NCBI GenBank assembly: GCA_045837725.1
Contig: JBEWZL010000109.1
Coordinates: 1-64,000, forward strand
From: Vermamoeba vermiformis
Lineage: Eukaryota
DNA: 64,000 bases
Direction: 5' to 3'
Made by a program: the position numbers and the translations under genes. The notes beneath the pieces were generated by a model. It made no database searches. It was given only the letters and a program-made list of their open reading frames with translations, and had not been told where the DNA came from. Of the stretch, positions 11,510-24,246 are shown piece by piece (positions within the stretch are counted from its first letter, which is position 1; each line of letters opens with the position of its first letter).

Positions 11510-13189
11510 CTATTGTTGAGCCACGCGTCGTCTCTTGTCGATCAGACCAGCTTTTCTCAACTCATCACACTGAGCCCAGTCTTTGATGCTATACTTGTCT
11601 TTAGGATCGTAGCTTTGAGGAGCATCAACTCCTTGCTTAGTAGTATGCTAAATGAAAAATCAGCGACTACGAACTAATTTCAAAAATCGAAGCGTGGATG
11701 TGGATCGCGACTTACCGATTGCGAAGTGTGCTTGAATAATAACGGTCCCTGGAACGCCTTCTTCTTAATAACGTTGGCTATGTAATGTCCAATGAGCCAA
11801 TCGAGCGGCATTTTGTCGTAGTTCTCGTACAGATAGTCGACCATTGCACCCATGTCCTTGGTCTTGTAAACCAATCCAAATGAATAGGGCATTTGATTAT
11901 CAATCTTAAACTACATATATAACTTATATTAGAACCTATGACATTATAAATAAGCGTATTTAACGTACTTCAACCAACTTGTTTGGTTGTCGAGTTCCGT
12001 CTTGATAAAATCTGAGCATGAACCATTTATCGCTTTTATCATGTTGACCTATTTAAATGTTAATATTAATCCTATGGTATAAGCAGAGTCAAATCGTACC
12101 GAATTGCTCCCATTCCAAAGATCGGATTTGAGCTGACCAATCCGGGACATTTGGTGGATTATCATCTTCAAGTTCCAAATACCAATCGCCGAGATCTTTA
12201 GCAACGCTCATCAAATATACACTATCAATGACCTATTTGACAAATTAAAATAAAATAAGAAAATTGCCACACGAATTATTTTCATTATTATTAGCTACTT
12301 ACTTGTTTGCTTCGCCAAATAACTCGCATTAATTTATCGTTGAATTCTTTAGCCATTTTGCAAGGCGTAAATACCAAGTTCTCTGGATAATAATTGACGT
12401 CGATCGGGATCAGCTTTATGAGACCAGATTCAATTTCGGGTCCAAAAGCGTCTGTCAGCTCTTTGTTGACTATACGTGCTCTGAAGACATCGCGCTCAGC
12501 ATTTAGCAATGCAAATACGTGGTATTGACGTTCCTCTTGGCTCAAATTATTGATCATTTGGCGCAACGTGTCTCGCACTAGAAAAATTCATAATTAGCTC
12601 AGTAAATTGTAAATATAATTATCGATGCATTTATATGCCATAATTATATTAAACTAAGCGATTATAGCGAGGTTGTTGGGTAATATTTCGATTAATTTTT
12701 AACTTACGGATGGAGGTTCCTTTCTGAGTTCTCAATGTTGTAGGAATACCAATGACCATCTTAAGCTTCTTATTTTCACTTTGTGTATCAACGATATTGT
12801 CCTCTTCCTCTTTGTCTTTAGGAATAATAATTTGTGGTCGTGGCTGAAAGATATCACGTTAAAAAAATAATTATAATTGCACAAAATTGTTGGTGTTAAT
12901 ATTATTACTGATATTAGCTGATATTTAAATTACTATCAAAATTTCGAAAATAGTAACGTGGATTTATTTTAAATCATACCGGTTGTTTAACAGGCCTATC
13001 ATCGGACGGCTTAACAGTAGGTGCAACTACGTAATATTATTGGTGTTAATTATATGGCAGAATCTTGTGAAGAGTTGAAGGGTTGATCTCCTTACCTGCG
13101 CCACTGCTTAGCGATTGTAGAATAAATAATAACGGAAATAATATTAATAACGCTAGGTTAAATATCAAAAATTTCTTTAACCGTGTCAT
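11510..13189 (-). CDS. GT54 / MGAT4-like N-acetylglucosaminyltransferase, multi-exon
   Basis: Type II signal-anchor; VIGIPT, WRSKQ and WYLELEDD motifs; final exon ends RRRVAQQ-stop. Confidence 0.8.
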
Positions 13190-13558
13190 TTTCAACGTGA
13201 ATGTAATTGCAATTACAACCAAAATAAAAATGATTTTTTGTGCGAACGATCTGACGTCAGTATTGCGACAACCGGCCTTCTTAACAATACTCCGTCTCCG
13301 TAGTGCCACCTGTTGGTGCATAACTGTTTGTGCTTTTCAGGTCGAAGTTGGAGTTGAACAGGAGAATAGTTTAGAACATAAATCGAACTGATCTTCTTTA
13401 AGGAGGTTTCGCGTTTGAGGGATATTTTTAAAAATGGAACAATATTGGTCGTTTTACATTACTCGTCGCTTAAAGAATCTTTTATCGTCATTGAACGGCT
13501 AAGTTTACAAATTTGCATGTTATCATGTACAAAAAACCGCGGGCCCATTGGGTTTCAA

Positions 13559-13995
13559 CTAAATGATCGAATTCTCATGACTATCACCTTTTTTCTCGGC
13601 GAGTTGTAATCTGTATTGAAAGTGCCTGTTGTATGCTTTCAGCGCCTGTTGGATAAACTTTTGTTGTTTTTTTGTGAGCTTGTAGTCAGGCTCAATCACT
13701 TTAATACCGTGCCAATTATCATTTACTGCCTCTTTCAACTTTTTTAGCCTTCGGTAGTGCTAATAAAATTAATTTAATACATACGTAATTGGACTTACTA
13801 CTTATTAGTATTTAATACCTTTCTGTGAGCCTCTCGTCTATTCTCGAACTCGAATAATCGCGTAACAGCCTCAATGTAATTATTTTGCAGCTCTTCATGC
13901 TTTGTTGGATCCAGATTACATAGAAAAGCCTGAGTTGCGTCAATTTCCCGATCCAGTACTTTCATATACTCCTCTTCTTGTTGTGCGTAATCCAT
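13559..13995 (-). CDS. Small hypothetical helical protein; 3' exon frame uncertain
   Basis: 65-aa first exon with a GTAAGT donor. The obvious splice gives an early stop (NKYTTEG*); another frame runs to 13559. Confidence 0.4.
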
Positions 13996-14110
13996 TCGTA
14001 ACCAAGGTTATTTATTCATTTGTGTTCTCATCGTTTTTGTAACAAACTCAAATTTTTGTCTTCGTTCGCAAGTTTTCTCGATCCTACCCGGCAGTTTTGA
14101 TTTATGTTTA

Positions 14111-16555
14111 ATGACTGCAATGTCGAACACTAACAACAATAACAATCAAAACACGCCTATAACTGGTGATACTGATGTGCACGATCCATCCGTGCCCAAG
14201 CCAGTCAAAGTGACCGCTCCGCCTGCTTGGCCCAAGAAATCAACAAATTTGGACGCGTTGAATAATAGCTTATCAAAAGTATCTATTAGCCAAAAGCCTG
14301 AGACTAAATTGGTTGTGGATACAGGTGCTTTTATTGCAAAAGTCAGGATCGATAACTTAGGTAATTAGCTAAACAATTCAAAAAATCATTAAATTGATGT
14401 GCATAATATTAATGATCGTTTGTACGTAGCCCAAGAATTTTGGACCGTCCCTGAAGTTTTAAGCGAAATCAAGGATTCAAGCGCAAAGGAATGGCTTGCG
14501 TTTTTAACTGCCTTGAACGTTAAATTAAAGACTAGACAGCCTTCACCGGAGGCTTTTAATCAAGGTAAGACTGAAACATTTAATTGGCCGTAATAGTTTC
14601 GATCCAAATATTTTTGATGCGATCTGCGAAATAAAAAAGAACAAAAATCCGCGAGATACTTACATCTTAATTACAATCATTAATTATAAATGATATTCAT
14701 ATTATAAAATCGCAATACTATGAAGTAACTGACAGATCGCATCTTGATCGAGATCGTGTTGCCGAAAATTCGATTTAAAAGATAGCGGCTAATAATATCT
14801 GCAGTGGTTGCATTTTCTAAGAAGACAGGAGATTACGCCTCGCTCTCAGCAGTCGATCTTAAAGTAATTGCCTTGACTTTGACTTTGGAAGCTGAAGTCC
14901 ACGGTACTGGCAGCCACATCCGCTCAGAACCCGTGCAAACTCAAGTAAGACATTCCTTAATTTCATATAATATTATTATCGTGCTAATATCGTAATAGCC
15001 TCGTGCAGAAAAGAAAAAGAAGAACGATCTGAATATGTTTGTGCCCAAGTCTAAAATCAAGATGGCTCAAGAGAGTGCGCAACAAATTAACAACGCTAAT
15101 AATACTGAAAATAATGCCGATGACCACTACTACGAACAACACTAGCGAAGAAAAAGATCAGCAAGCAAATCCGCAAAATGAAAACACAGAAACAACAACT
15201 GGCACTGAAGAAAAGAAAGAACAAGCTGCAAGTGATGTTACTTCAGAGACTTCAGATTTGAAGGATATTGAAATTGATAGCGATGAAGAGAGTAGCGAGA
15301 GTGATGATGAAAATGTTGGATTTGGTGACTTTGAAGACAACGATGACGCTGGCTGGATCACTCCTGACAACGTAGATGCATATACTAAGTAAGTATTATC
15401 GACTGATTTGCTCTAATTGTCTGTCTAAGCCCGTGTAACGGCTGATCTTCGATCTTGAATTATTTTTTGACCACGGACTAGCAGAGGAGCTACTATCATA
15501 ATGTTATGCAATATAATCGACACACTCCATAATGAGTTCGTTTTAATCACCTTTTTACTCGCAGAGTTTTGCTGGGCACTCAGCTCGTCGGAGAACAAGA
15601 AGAAGCAGATCGAATGAAACAACTCAACTTGGCAAATCCTCACGTTAAAGTCGCTTGCTTAACGACCGATTTTGCTATTCAAGTAAGTCTTTCGAGGTGG
15701 TACCATAATTAAGCGCATCCAAATTCGCATCTAGTAATTTATTCAAAACTGACTTATTAAGTCACTGTTTTGTTACAATTACGTTGAAAATACGTTACGA
15801 CGTAATACGATCCTGATGATTGAAAATATATACGCTATAATGAATAGAAAACCCTGATTAAAGTTTTCATTTGTTGAAGGATCCATTACAAATCTTTTTA
15901 ACTCCTATTATAATCGATTTTTATATACTCACTACATCTCGTTTTAGAACGTTTTGCTCCAAATGGGCCTGTCTTTGTTCTCTATCGATGGATTTTCGAT
16001 CCGATCAGTTCAACGATGGGTCTTGCAATGCTGGGCTTGTCACAAGATTTGCAAAGACGTTACCAGAGTGTTCTGCCCTATGTGTGGCAACAACACCTTG
16101 CGTCGAGTGGCTTATACAGTCGATAAAGACGGAAACGTTACTTACCACATCCCGCGAAGGAAGATCAACATGAGAGGAACAAGAGTAAGTCTCGTCTCCG
16201 TTATGAACATATATCAAATATCAAAAGATCATCATATTAATTTTTTACCCGTAGTATTCTATTCCTAAGCCAAAGGGAGGTCGAAACAACAAAGATCTGA
16301 TCTTGTCTGAAGCCCAATTGCCGCGCCGTTATTATGGTCAAAAGAAGAAAGGAGAAGTTGACGGATTTGAGAGCTCTACTTTGCTCAACAGCAAGAACGC
16401 ACCTCGCGATCCGATTGTCGTTGGTTATGGCCGCAGAAATCCTAATGAGCCTCGCAAACGATACGGTACGTATAAAAGCGAATAATCCTATGTATATAAT
16501 TCTAATTCTTATGATTATAGGCAAGAAAAACAAAAGCAAGCGACCTGGCTACTAA
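14111..16555 (+). CDS. NOB1: Nob1 PIN-domain 20S pre-rRNA endonuclease, multi-exon
   Basis: VVDTGAFI, TVPEVLSEIKD, FSKKTGDYASLSAVD, GWITPDN, TTDFAIQNVLLQMGL and a CWAC...CPMCGN zinc ribbon. Confidence 0.96.
15809..15883 (+). ncRNA. Intronic box C/D snoRNA candidate (U54/SNORD54-like guide)
   Basis: GATCC/GGATC terminal stem, C box TGATGA, guide ATATACGCTAT followed by D' ATGA, C' TGATTA and D-like TTGA, inside a NOB1 intron. Confidence 0.7.
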
Positions 16556-16743
16556 AAACATTACTCGTGTACAGGAATAAATAACTAACTTTATTGCGGA
16601 TCTAAATGCACACGTACAGTTCTTAACTTGCTACATTATCTTATTTGAAGCCCGGATCTCAGCTAGGCCCGAACTAGTAGACGTCGCACAAGTTAAAATA
16701 AACGCCAAGCAAGATCTGAGACAATTATTATTTCGTCGACAAA

Positions 16744-18582
16744 ATGAACCCCACAAGGCTGTTATTATCAAAATGCAAGTCGTCCATTTACGGCGGGTAT
16801 AGGTCAAACACAAGGAATATATTTAATCCAATCACGAGAAGATCCGATCGAATTGGATCCGTGAGTTTAATCCAACGAAGATCCGCCTGTAGTGATCCCA
16901 ACACATCTAATACAAGCACAAACGATACAAGAATGAATATTATTGGTATTACACGAGAAGAACTCGCAAGAGATTTCGAACGATTTGGATTAGAAAAATA
17001 CAGAGCTGATCAGGTTCAATTATGGCTGTATAATAAAGGTAAAATTCGTAAATGCAATTTATCATTCAAATATTATATCGGTATCAATGTACATTAATTA
17101 TAACGATTTTTAAAAATATAATAACAAATTTCTTTTATTGACTCGATCTTGTATTGCACAGGCGTAACAGAATTCGATCAGATGATCAATTTACCAAAGG
17201 AATTACGAAAGAAATTAAATGAAAAATATATTATAAGCACTGGTGAAGTGGTTAAAGACACCCTGTCAAACGATGGCACGCGCAAATGGTTAATTAACTT
17301 TGGAGGCCAAGAAGTCGAAAGTACGCAATAATATTCCACTATACACGATATTAACAACTAAATATAGCTGTATTTATTCCTGAAAGCAATAGAGGCACAC
17401 TTTGCGTGAGCTCGCAAGTTGGATGTACGTAACTATTTTTTCTCTGACCATGATACTAATATAACATCAAACATAGGCTCCATGTCATGTACATTTTGCC
17501 ATACTGGCACTCAGCCATTAGTAAGTTCGATCTGAAGTATTAACATTAGATCTTCATAAACGTTACTTACGAGCCGTTACACTAGGTTAGAAATTTAAAA
17601 GCCGGAGAAATTATTGGTCAATTAATGACTGCTAAACGAGCACTATTTGATTTCCCAACGGCACAAGATAGAGTTGTCTCTAATATCGTCTTCATGGGTC
17701 AAGGAGAACCGGTAAGGCCCGATCCAACTACCTGATTTATTTTGAATACTTTTACTAATACCCTCGTAGTTTTATAATTATAGAAATGTATCAAATGCTA
17801 TTCGTGTGATGACGGATCCAAATTGCTTTTCAATGTCCAAGAGAAGACTGACAGTATCAACATCGGGCATTGTACCTAATATTATGAAGTTAGGCGAAGA
17901 TTTCCACGGCATAAACTTAGCGATATCACTTCACGCCGTAAGAGATGATTTAAGGTACGCTTTACTTCCTTCTTTGGCCAACAAAATAATACGCGGATCC
18001 ACTAACTTGATCCAGATCTGAAATCGTTCCAGCGAACAAACAATGGCCTATTGCAGGTAATTTATATTTTAGATATCAACTTGTGTAACAAAATATAATA
18101 ACCTATATTATAGAGGTTATTGAGGCTTGTAGAAAGTTCCCTGGATCACACGACTCGCAGCGTAAAATTACTTTCGAATACGTCATGCTGAAAGGCGTAA
18201 ATGATAGTGACGAAGAAGCACGAGAGCTAGTTAGGCTAATTAAAGAGTTCAGCTGCATAGTTAATTTAATGTAAGTCAGATCTAACTGTCGGCAAGTGGC
18301 TGGATCTGTCCCTAACCTATTCTTTGTAGCCCTTTTAACCCATGGCCTGGATCTAAATATGAGAGCTCTAGCAAAGAGCGAATTATAAAGTTCGCTAAAA
18401 TCATTGAAGATGCTGGTACGTTGCGACATCCAAGACTTTAGTGATCTGTCCAGTTGAACTAATCTTGCCTTGTAGGTATTGGCGCTCCTATTCGATGGCC
18501 TCGTGGTCGAGATATATTAGCTGCTTGCGGACAATTAAAAACAGCAACCATAAAAGAACGGCAGCAACAAGCAACGCAATAA
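16744..18582 (+). CDS. rlmN: Dual-specificity radical-SAM RNA methyltransferase RlmN, probably mitochondrial, multi-exon
   Basis: DGTRKW, VSSQVGCSMSCTFC (CxxxCxxC), VFMGQGEP, ISLHA, FEYVMLKGVND and GRDILAACGQL; Arg/Ser-rich N-terminal extension. Confidence 0.95.
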
Positions 18583-19287
18583 AGATCTAATCCAAATGTT
18601 GCAAAGTTTATTCTGTTCTGTACTAGTCCGCTCCACCCATTTTCTTCGAGACTAGAATTCTAGCCAAAATGGTAGACCAGTCGACGGCGTGCAGGTTTGT
18701 GGGAATCTAACCTTGCGAGCGATTTGCTGACTAATTTTATTGCACAACTTCTCGTCACCACAACCCAATGCCCACAAAGACAACCTAGAAATACCAAGCG
18801 TCTAAGGGAATACGAAGCAGGGAGAGAAGAAGAAGGACAGATATCGAGTGATTGGAACCTGACCACTGAAGATATCGAAGAAAGACTACGCTGCGTTAAG
18901 TGTATAAAGATGACAGCCGGGGAACAGCCTTCAAATAGCAAGTAACTGATTATCGTCTCTTTCTTTTCTCTTTCCTTTTGTATTTAACTTTTCTCGATTT
19001 TTCTGTTTTTTTTCTAAATAAAATGATTAGGATTATCCGAAAGCAGTTTTAGGTCTCTGTGTACTCTCCGCACCAATCTTGTACAAAAACAAAGGTTACC
19101 GGTTAATTTTCGATCATAAGAATCTTGGATACTCTACTTTGTGTTTTGTTCTAGAACGGGACCGAAATGTCGTGCGCAAGGTCGACCTGGAAACGAACAC
19201 TGAAAAACTTAAACCATAAACTTAAATTTAATAATAACTGAATGTCCACAACACCTCCAGCAGCTACGCATATTCGTTAAATACAAA

Positions 19288-21263
19288 ATGGGTCGGCGAT
19301 TATCTTTAATGAGGTAACTACTGTGATCACACGACCCGAAACTCAAATCTCCGTTTGGATGCAATTCTTGGTGCTATATTTATGTTAAAATTACTGGAAA
19401 ATATGCCATAACATTCTAACTTGTATTATTTAGTATTGCAGTAGCCAATCTGCTGGGGGCGGTTGAATATTCCATTGTGATGCCCAGCTTGTATTTGTAT
19501 TTAAATACCTTTGGTGCTACGCAAGACTGGTTCTTTGGTCTTGTATTATCATCGTTTCAACTGTCACAATTATTAACTTCTTCATTATTTGGGTAAGATC
19601 CGTAAAATCGAAAAGCAATTATTTTAGTTAAATATCAACAACCGTAATAATTTTATCACTAAATATTAATACACGATTATTTTATGATATTTTCACGGTG
19701 ATTATAGTTTAGTGTAAGGGCACACGACTAGCCGTTATGTAATTTCCTTTTTTGTGTTTTTGGATCGCACACTAATTAATCTTGCAGCATGTGGCTGGAT
19801 AAGAGGCCGATGCGAGAAGTAATTATTGCCGCCATCGCTTTCAGCATTATCGGCAATTTACTTTATGTTTTCTCGTGGAATCACTGGATGGTGCTTGTAA
19901 GTACTCCTTGAACCCAAGCCAAAAATTAATTCGTTAATTAATTTAATATGAAGGTATCACGTGCTATCTCTGGTATTGGAGGCAACGTCGTGGTCGCAAG
20001 TAATACTTATGTAATTAGAGCAACTCCGCCAGGTAAAGATTTTGCGCTGCTTATCTATAATTATAGCAGGCCATTTAACCTTATTAATATAGAACGGAGG
20101 TCTGCTGTCGCCGCAAAAGTATTTTCTTTCTCGAATTTGGGTTTATTAGCCGGCCCTGCTTTCAATTTTGTTCTTGGTAAGATCTAACCTTACTATTACT
20201 GCATTAATATAGTAATACTCACGTATCTATTCCTAAGCGTTCTTCGACTGGAAAATCGGGCCTATTGAGATCACGCCTTTGAACGGTGCTGGTTTATTGA
20301 TGGCGATGTTGCTCGTTGCTGGTTTAATCTTCATTTTGTCTTGTTTCGAAGGTACAAAATATTCGTGTGCATCATTAAAGAGCAGTGTAATAATATTATA
20401 TGTATAGAGCCTAGCAAAACGAACGAAGAGCACGACGGAGAAACTAAGAAAGAATTGACCAAATCGGAGAAATATCAAGAATTGATCAAGCCAGCCGTGA
20501 TTACAATCTACGTCGCTGATTTCATCTTAGCATTCAATCAAACGTGCTTAGAGACCTTTTTAACGCCGTTGACGAAGAAATATTGGGGCTGGGAACAATT
20601 TGAAAACAGTTTGTTGTACAGCGGTTTGACGATATTGTTCGTCTTTTGGTTCGTCAGCATTACCTTCCTTAGTCGTGTATTACAAGACCGCGCGTTGATT
20701 ATGATAGGTACGTGCTATTCTAACTATAAGCGCTCTATTAAGGGAATTAACCTGGATCCGCTTTAGGTCACGTCTTCACAGGAGCAGCTTTAGCCTACTA
20801 TTTGACCTTTGCATTCGTGATGCCAATTGATTGGACGTTCCCGTTGTACTTATTCTTAATCGGCCTTGGTGTTTTGGCTTCAGGCATGCCGTTCTTTGGT
20901 GCATCCGTTGGATCTCTGCTGTCTAAACACATCCACAACCCGGCAATTCAAGGCACTTCTCAAGGTATTTAACTTTATCAATCGAAAACGCTTTGTACTA
21001 ACTATGGTATAGGAATTTTGACTACCGTCACGTCTGTTGGTAACATTACTGGTCCTTTATGGGCCGGATTTAGTCTCGACCAAGGGCAAGGTTTGAGATT
21101 GCCACTGATACCTATCGGAGCGATGTGGGTAGTATTGTCCATATTGCTTGGTAGTAACTGGAGGCGACTTAAGGTGGCTATAAAGAAACCACTGACCGAT
21201 AGCACGAGCATGATCGAACCAGAACCAGATGAGAAAACACCCCTCGTTACTGTCATCCAGTAA
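19288..21263 (+). CDS. Major facilitator superfamily transporter (MFSD8/CLN7-like), multi-exon
   Basis: EYSIVMPSLYLYL, WLDKRPMR, SRAISGIGG and GNITGPLWAG; about 12 hydrophobic segments; C-terminal DEKTPLV dileucine-like motif. Confidence 0.85.
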
Positions 21264-21562
21264 ACAATTAATGTACAAATAAACACTAATATTTAGATGC
21301 TATTCGCAATGCGCGATTTCCTGGCCGAAAAATTGTACAATCAGTTAAAGAAAGATCGGGTTGGCAAATCTGGAGCTCTTTAGTAATATTTAGGAAAATA
21401 CCAACCTGATCATACTCTCGTATTGCTCGTGCAAGAATTTTGATACGCTGTGTAGATTTCTAGACTTTACCTACCTTTTATCAATTTTATTGGCGGTTGT
21501 ATTTTTTTTGTACCAACTTTAATTATTTAATTTTCAGTCTCTTATACGCAACAAGTAACGAC

Positions 21563-23143
21563 ATGTGGAAAGTTAATTCCATCCTGGTCGTAGGTTTGGT
21601 ATTTTTTGCCTGGACCTGCTCTGTTGCTACCGCAGATGCGGGCTTGTACAGCAACTACAAAAAATTATTTCCTTTCAATGTAGAGCAGGAAAATAATTTT
21701 GGTATGGCTACTTCCAGAGAGCTGACTGCCTTAGATAATGTTAGACTTTGTAATTTACAACCTGGCCAACAAGTTACTTTGGATGCGACCGGTTACGTTA
21801 ACTGCGACTTCTTGGGCTATGGTAAAGCTATAATTATTTTAATTATTGCGCCCATAATTTTGTGCGCTCTCTCCTTGGTTGGTTGCGTCCTCTACATGTT
21901 CTGCGCCTGCTGCTCTTGCTGCAACTGCTGCATGTGCTGCTGCTGCACTAAGGAACGAAGTCTGCTGTCCAAGTGCATCATGATCATCGTCAAGATTCTT
22001 ATTGCCGTTGCCGCCGCTATTGCCGCCGTAGGCTTTGCCTTTATGCTCACTGGTAGTGCTACAGTTGGTACTGGCATTTTGGAGATTGAACAAACCGGTC
22101 TTGATTTGTTGGACGTCTTCCAAGAGCGCGTGGACAACATCACTTCGCTCGTCAGTCAAATCCCTTCAGATCTCTTCAGCGCCGATATCAGCGTTGCTCT
22201 TGCACGTATCCAAACATTCCCTAAAGAGTTCAAGGACGAGACACAAAAGGTCTTTGATCTAATCAATCAATTTGATAAAGGCCGTCAAGCTGCTATTCTC
22301 ATCGCTGGCATTGGCTGCGTGCTGCTCGTTGCTCTCGGCTTCGTGCTCGCCTTCTTCAAATTGCGCACACTCATGATCTGGTTGTGCGTCTTGCTCTTCC
22401 TCGCACTCTTCGTGCTGTGGCTCAGTTTGGGCGTGCACATCTTTGCCTCGGAAGTCGTTGATGACATGTGCGTGGAAGTGGATATCTTGAAGGCTCAAAT
22501 TGACAATGGTACTGCCAGCGGCTCTGGTCCGCTCGGTTTCTTCGTCAAGTGCAAGAACAACGATCCCAACACTATTGGCATGGTCGGTCAAATCATTGAA
22601 GGTCGTCAGAGTGCCTTAGCCGTTGCTTGCCAAGGTCTGAACAACACGTGCTCTTATCCTGGCGTTTACTGCGTTGGCTACGATCCCGCCAACTGCACCA
22701 TGGACTACATCAAGACGGCTGATGGCAGAGTGCTCATTGCTGATACCGTTGTTAACTGCGACACTGGCGGTGGTAATTTCCAAGATGTGAACAATCCTTC
22801 GCAGTGCGCTACTGTTGTCGGAGCCTCGTACAAGAGCACGAACAGAACCATCAGCGAATGCGCTGCTAGTTGTGACAACACCGACTTGAAGGGCTACTCA
22901 ACGACTGTCCTCGATTACGTCGCGTACATCAGACTCTTTGACTCGCTCTACGACGAGTTCTTGGAAGTGCTCAACTGCCGCTTCGTGTACGACGCGTTCG
23001 TTAGCTTGAGGGACATTATTTGTGGTACTTTCTTGCAAGCTATCAACTACATTGCCGCTGGATCTGGTATCATGGCCGGTGGTGTTTCATTGGGCGTTAT
23101 TTTGATCACATACGTCTTCACTCATTTGCCGTATAAGAAATAA
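21563..23143 (+). CDS. Multi-pass membrane protein with Tweety/prominin-like topology, intronless
   Basis: Signal peptide, five TM segments, a Cys cluster after TM1 and two large helical/Cys-rich extracellular loops. Confidence 0.65.
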   Translation: MWKVNSILVVGLVFFAWTCSVATADAGLYSNYKKLFPFNVEQENNFGMATSRELTALDNVRLCNLQPGQQVTLDATGYVNCDFLGYGKAIIILIIAPIILCALSLVGCVLYMFCACCSCCNCCMCCCCTKERSLLSKCIMIIVKILIAVAAAIAAVGFAFMLTGSATVGTGILEIEQTGLDLLDVFQERVDNITSLVSQIPSDLFSADISVALARIQTFPKEFKDETQKVFDLINQFDKGRQAAILIAGIGCVLLVALGFVLAFFKLRTLMIWLCVLLFLALFVLWLSLGVHIFASEVVDDMCVEVDILKAQIDNGTASGSGPLGFFVKCKNNDPNTIGMVGQIIEGRQSALAVACQGLNNTCSYPGVYCVGYDPANCTMDYIKTADGRVLIADTVVNCDTGGGNFQDVNNPSQCATVVGASYKSTNRTISECAASCDNTDLKGYSTTVLDYVAYIRLFDSLYDEFLEVLNCRFVYDAFVSLRDIICGTFLQAINYIAAGSGIMAGGVSLGVILITYVFTHLPYKK

Positions 23144-23333
23144 TAGGATCATTTTGTATCGCTTAATGGTGTGTTATTAATAAATTTGCTAGCTTTTATC
23201 TAGTTGTCTCTTCGTCCTCGCAAACAGTTTTTATAAATGCGCATTGGAGGCACGAAATTATCTGATTGTAAATATACTCGCCGAATGTAATGGTATCATA
23301 ATGTTTTATCTACAGCAGATCGCATTCTTAAGA

Positions 23334-24210
23334 CTATTTTTGAATGAATTTTCCTAATTGTTCTGCATCCAACAAAACCGACTTAATGGCGTCTTCAGAA
23401 AGACTGAAAGATGGAGTGTTATTAAAAATGGCTATTAGACGAGAACAGGGCACGTACCTGTACGAGAAAAAATCGCTTTTTGTTTTGGTGTCTTGGATTT
23501 GCACAAATTTGACGCCTTCATCGCTCAGTAATTTGATTTTCTTTTGCGTTTTCTCGCCCGATACTTGACCACTAAATCCACCCAATTTACCTTCCGCTGC
23601 TACCACACGGTGGCTTGAAAATGCAAAGTCAACCCACTATAGAATCCGTTGTACCGTACTTACCAGGGCACGATTGGCGCGAACGGGTTGTTTCTTAACG
23701 CCTAATCATGTATATTAACATTTAAATGCCATGTACAATTATATTTTACCTGTCCAACAGCACGAGGGCTCGATCCAAGTGCTTTCGCGAGCGCTCCATA
23801 AGTTGTAATTTTTCCTGGAAATTATGAGTCAGATTCTAGAAGGTTCTAGTAGTAAAGCATAATTATGCGTGTATAATCTCTTGATCTACACGTGGCATAA
23901 AATCGAGAAGTAGATCAAATGGCAACCAAACATAATTATTTTCAGAAATTTATCATTAGCTCAATATGCATAAACTGTGTATTATAAATATTATAGCGAT
24001 ATCTGTACTAAAGTATGTGGCGATTTATTGCCTACCTTTGGGAATTTTTTGGATGGCAGCATAGACACGCATCTGGAAATCTGTTCGTGGGTTCTTCGCA
24101 ATTGCCTCTTTGGCTACATTGACGAGAACGACGTTAAGAGGAACTTTTTTGATAACTTTTGTTGTCATTGTCTGCAGCATTATTGTAAAAAAAGGCAGGT
24201 CCGTCGTCAT
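23334..24210 (-). CDS. MGMT: O6-methylguanine-DNA methyltransferase (start may be the later ATG at 24180 or 24168)
   Basis: FQMRVYAAIQKIPKGKITTYGALA, RAVGQAL and active site IVPCHRVV assembled across an intron. Confidence 0.92.
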
Positions 24211-24246
24211 CTTTTATTTTACGTAAGCAGGAGTAGTACAAGCACA

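Noticed and set aside
14688-14732. C/D snoRNA inside the 11-bp intronic stem
   Set aside because: A D box (CTGA) is present, but the C box is non-canonical (ATGATA), is far from the stem, and has no recognisable rRNA guide.
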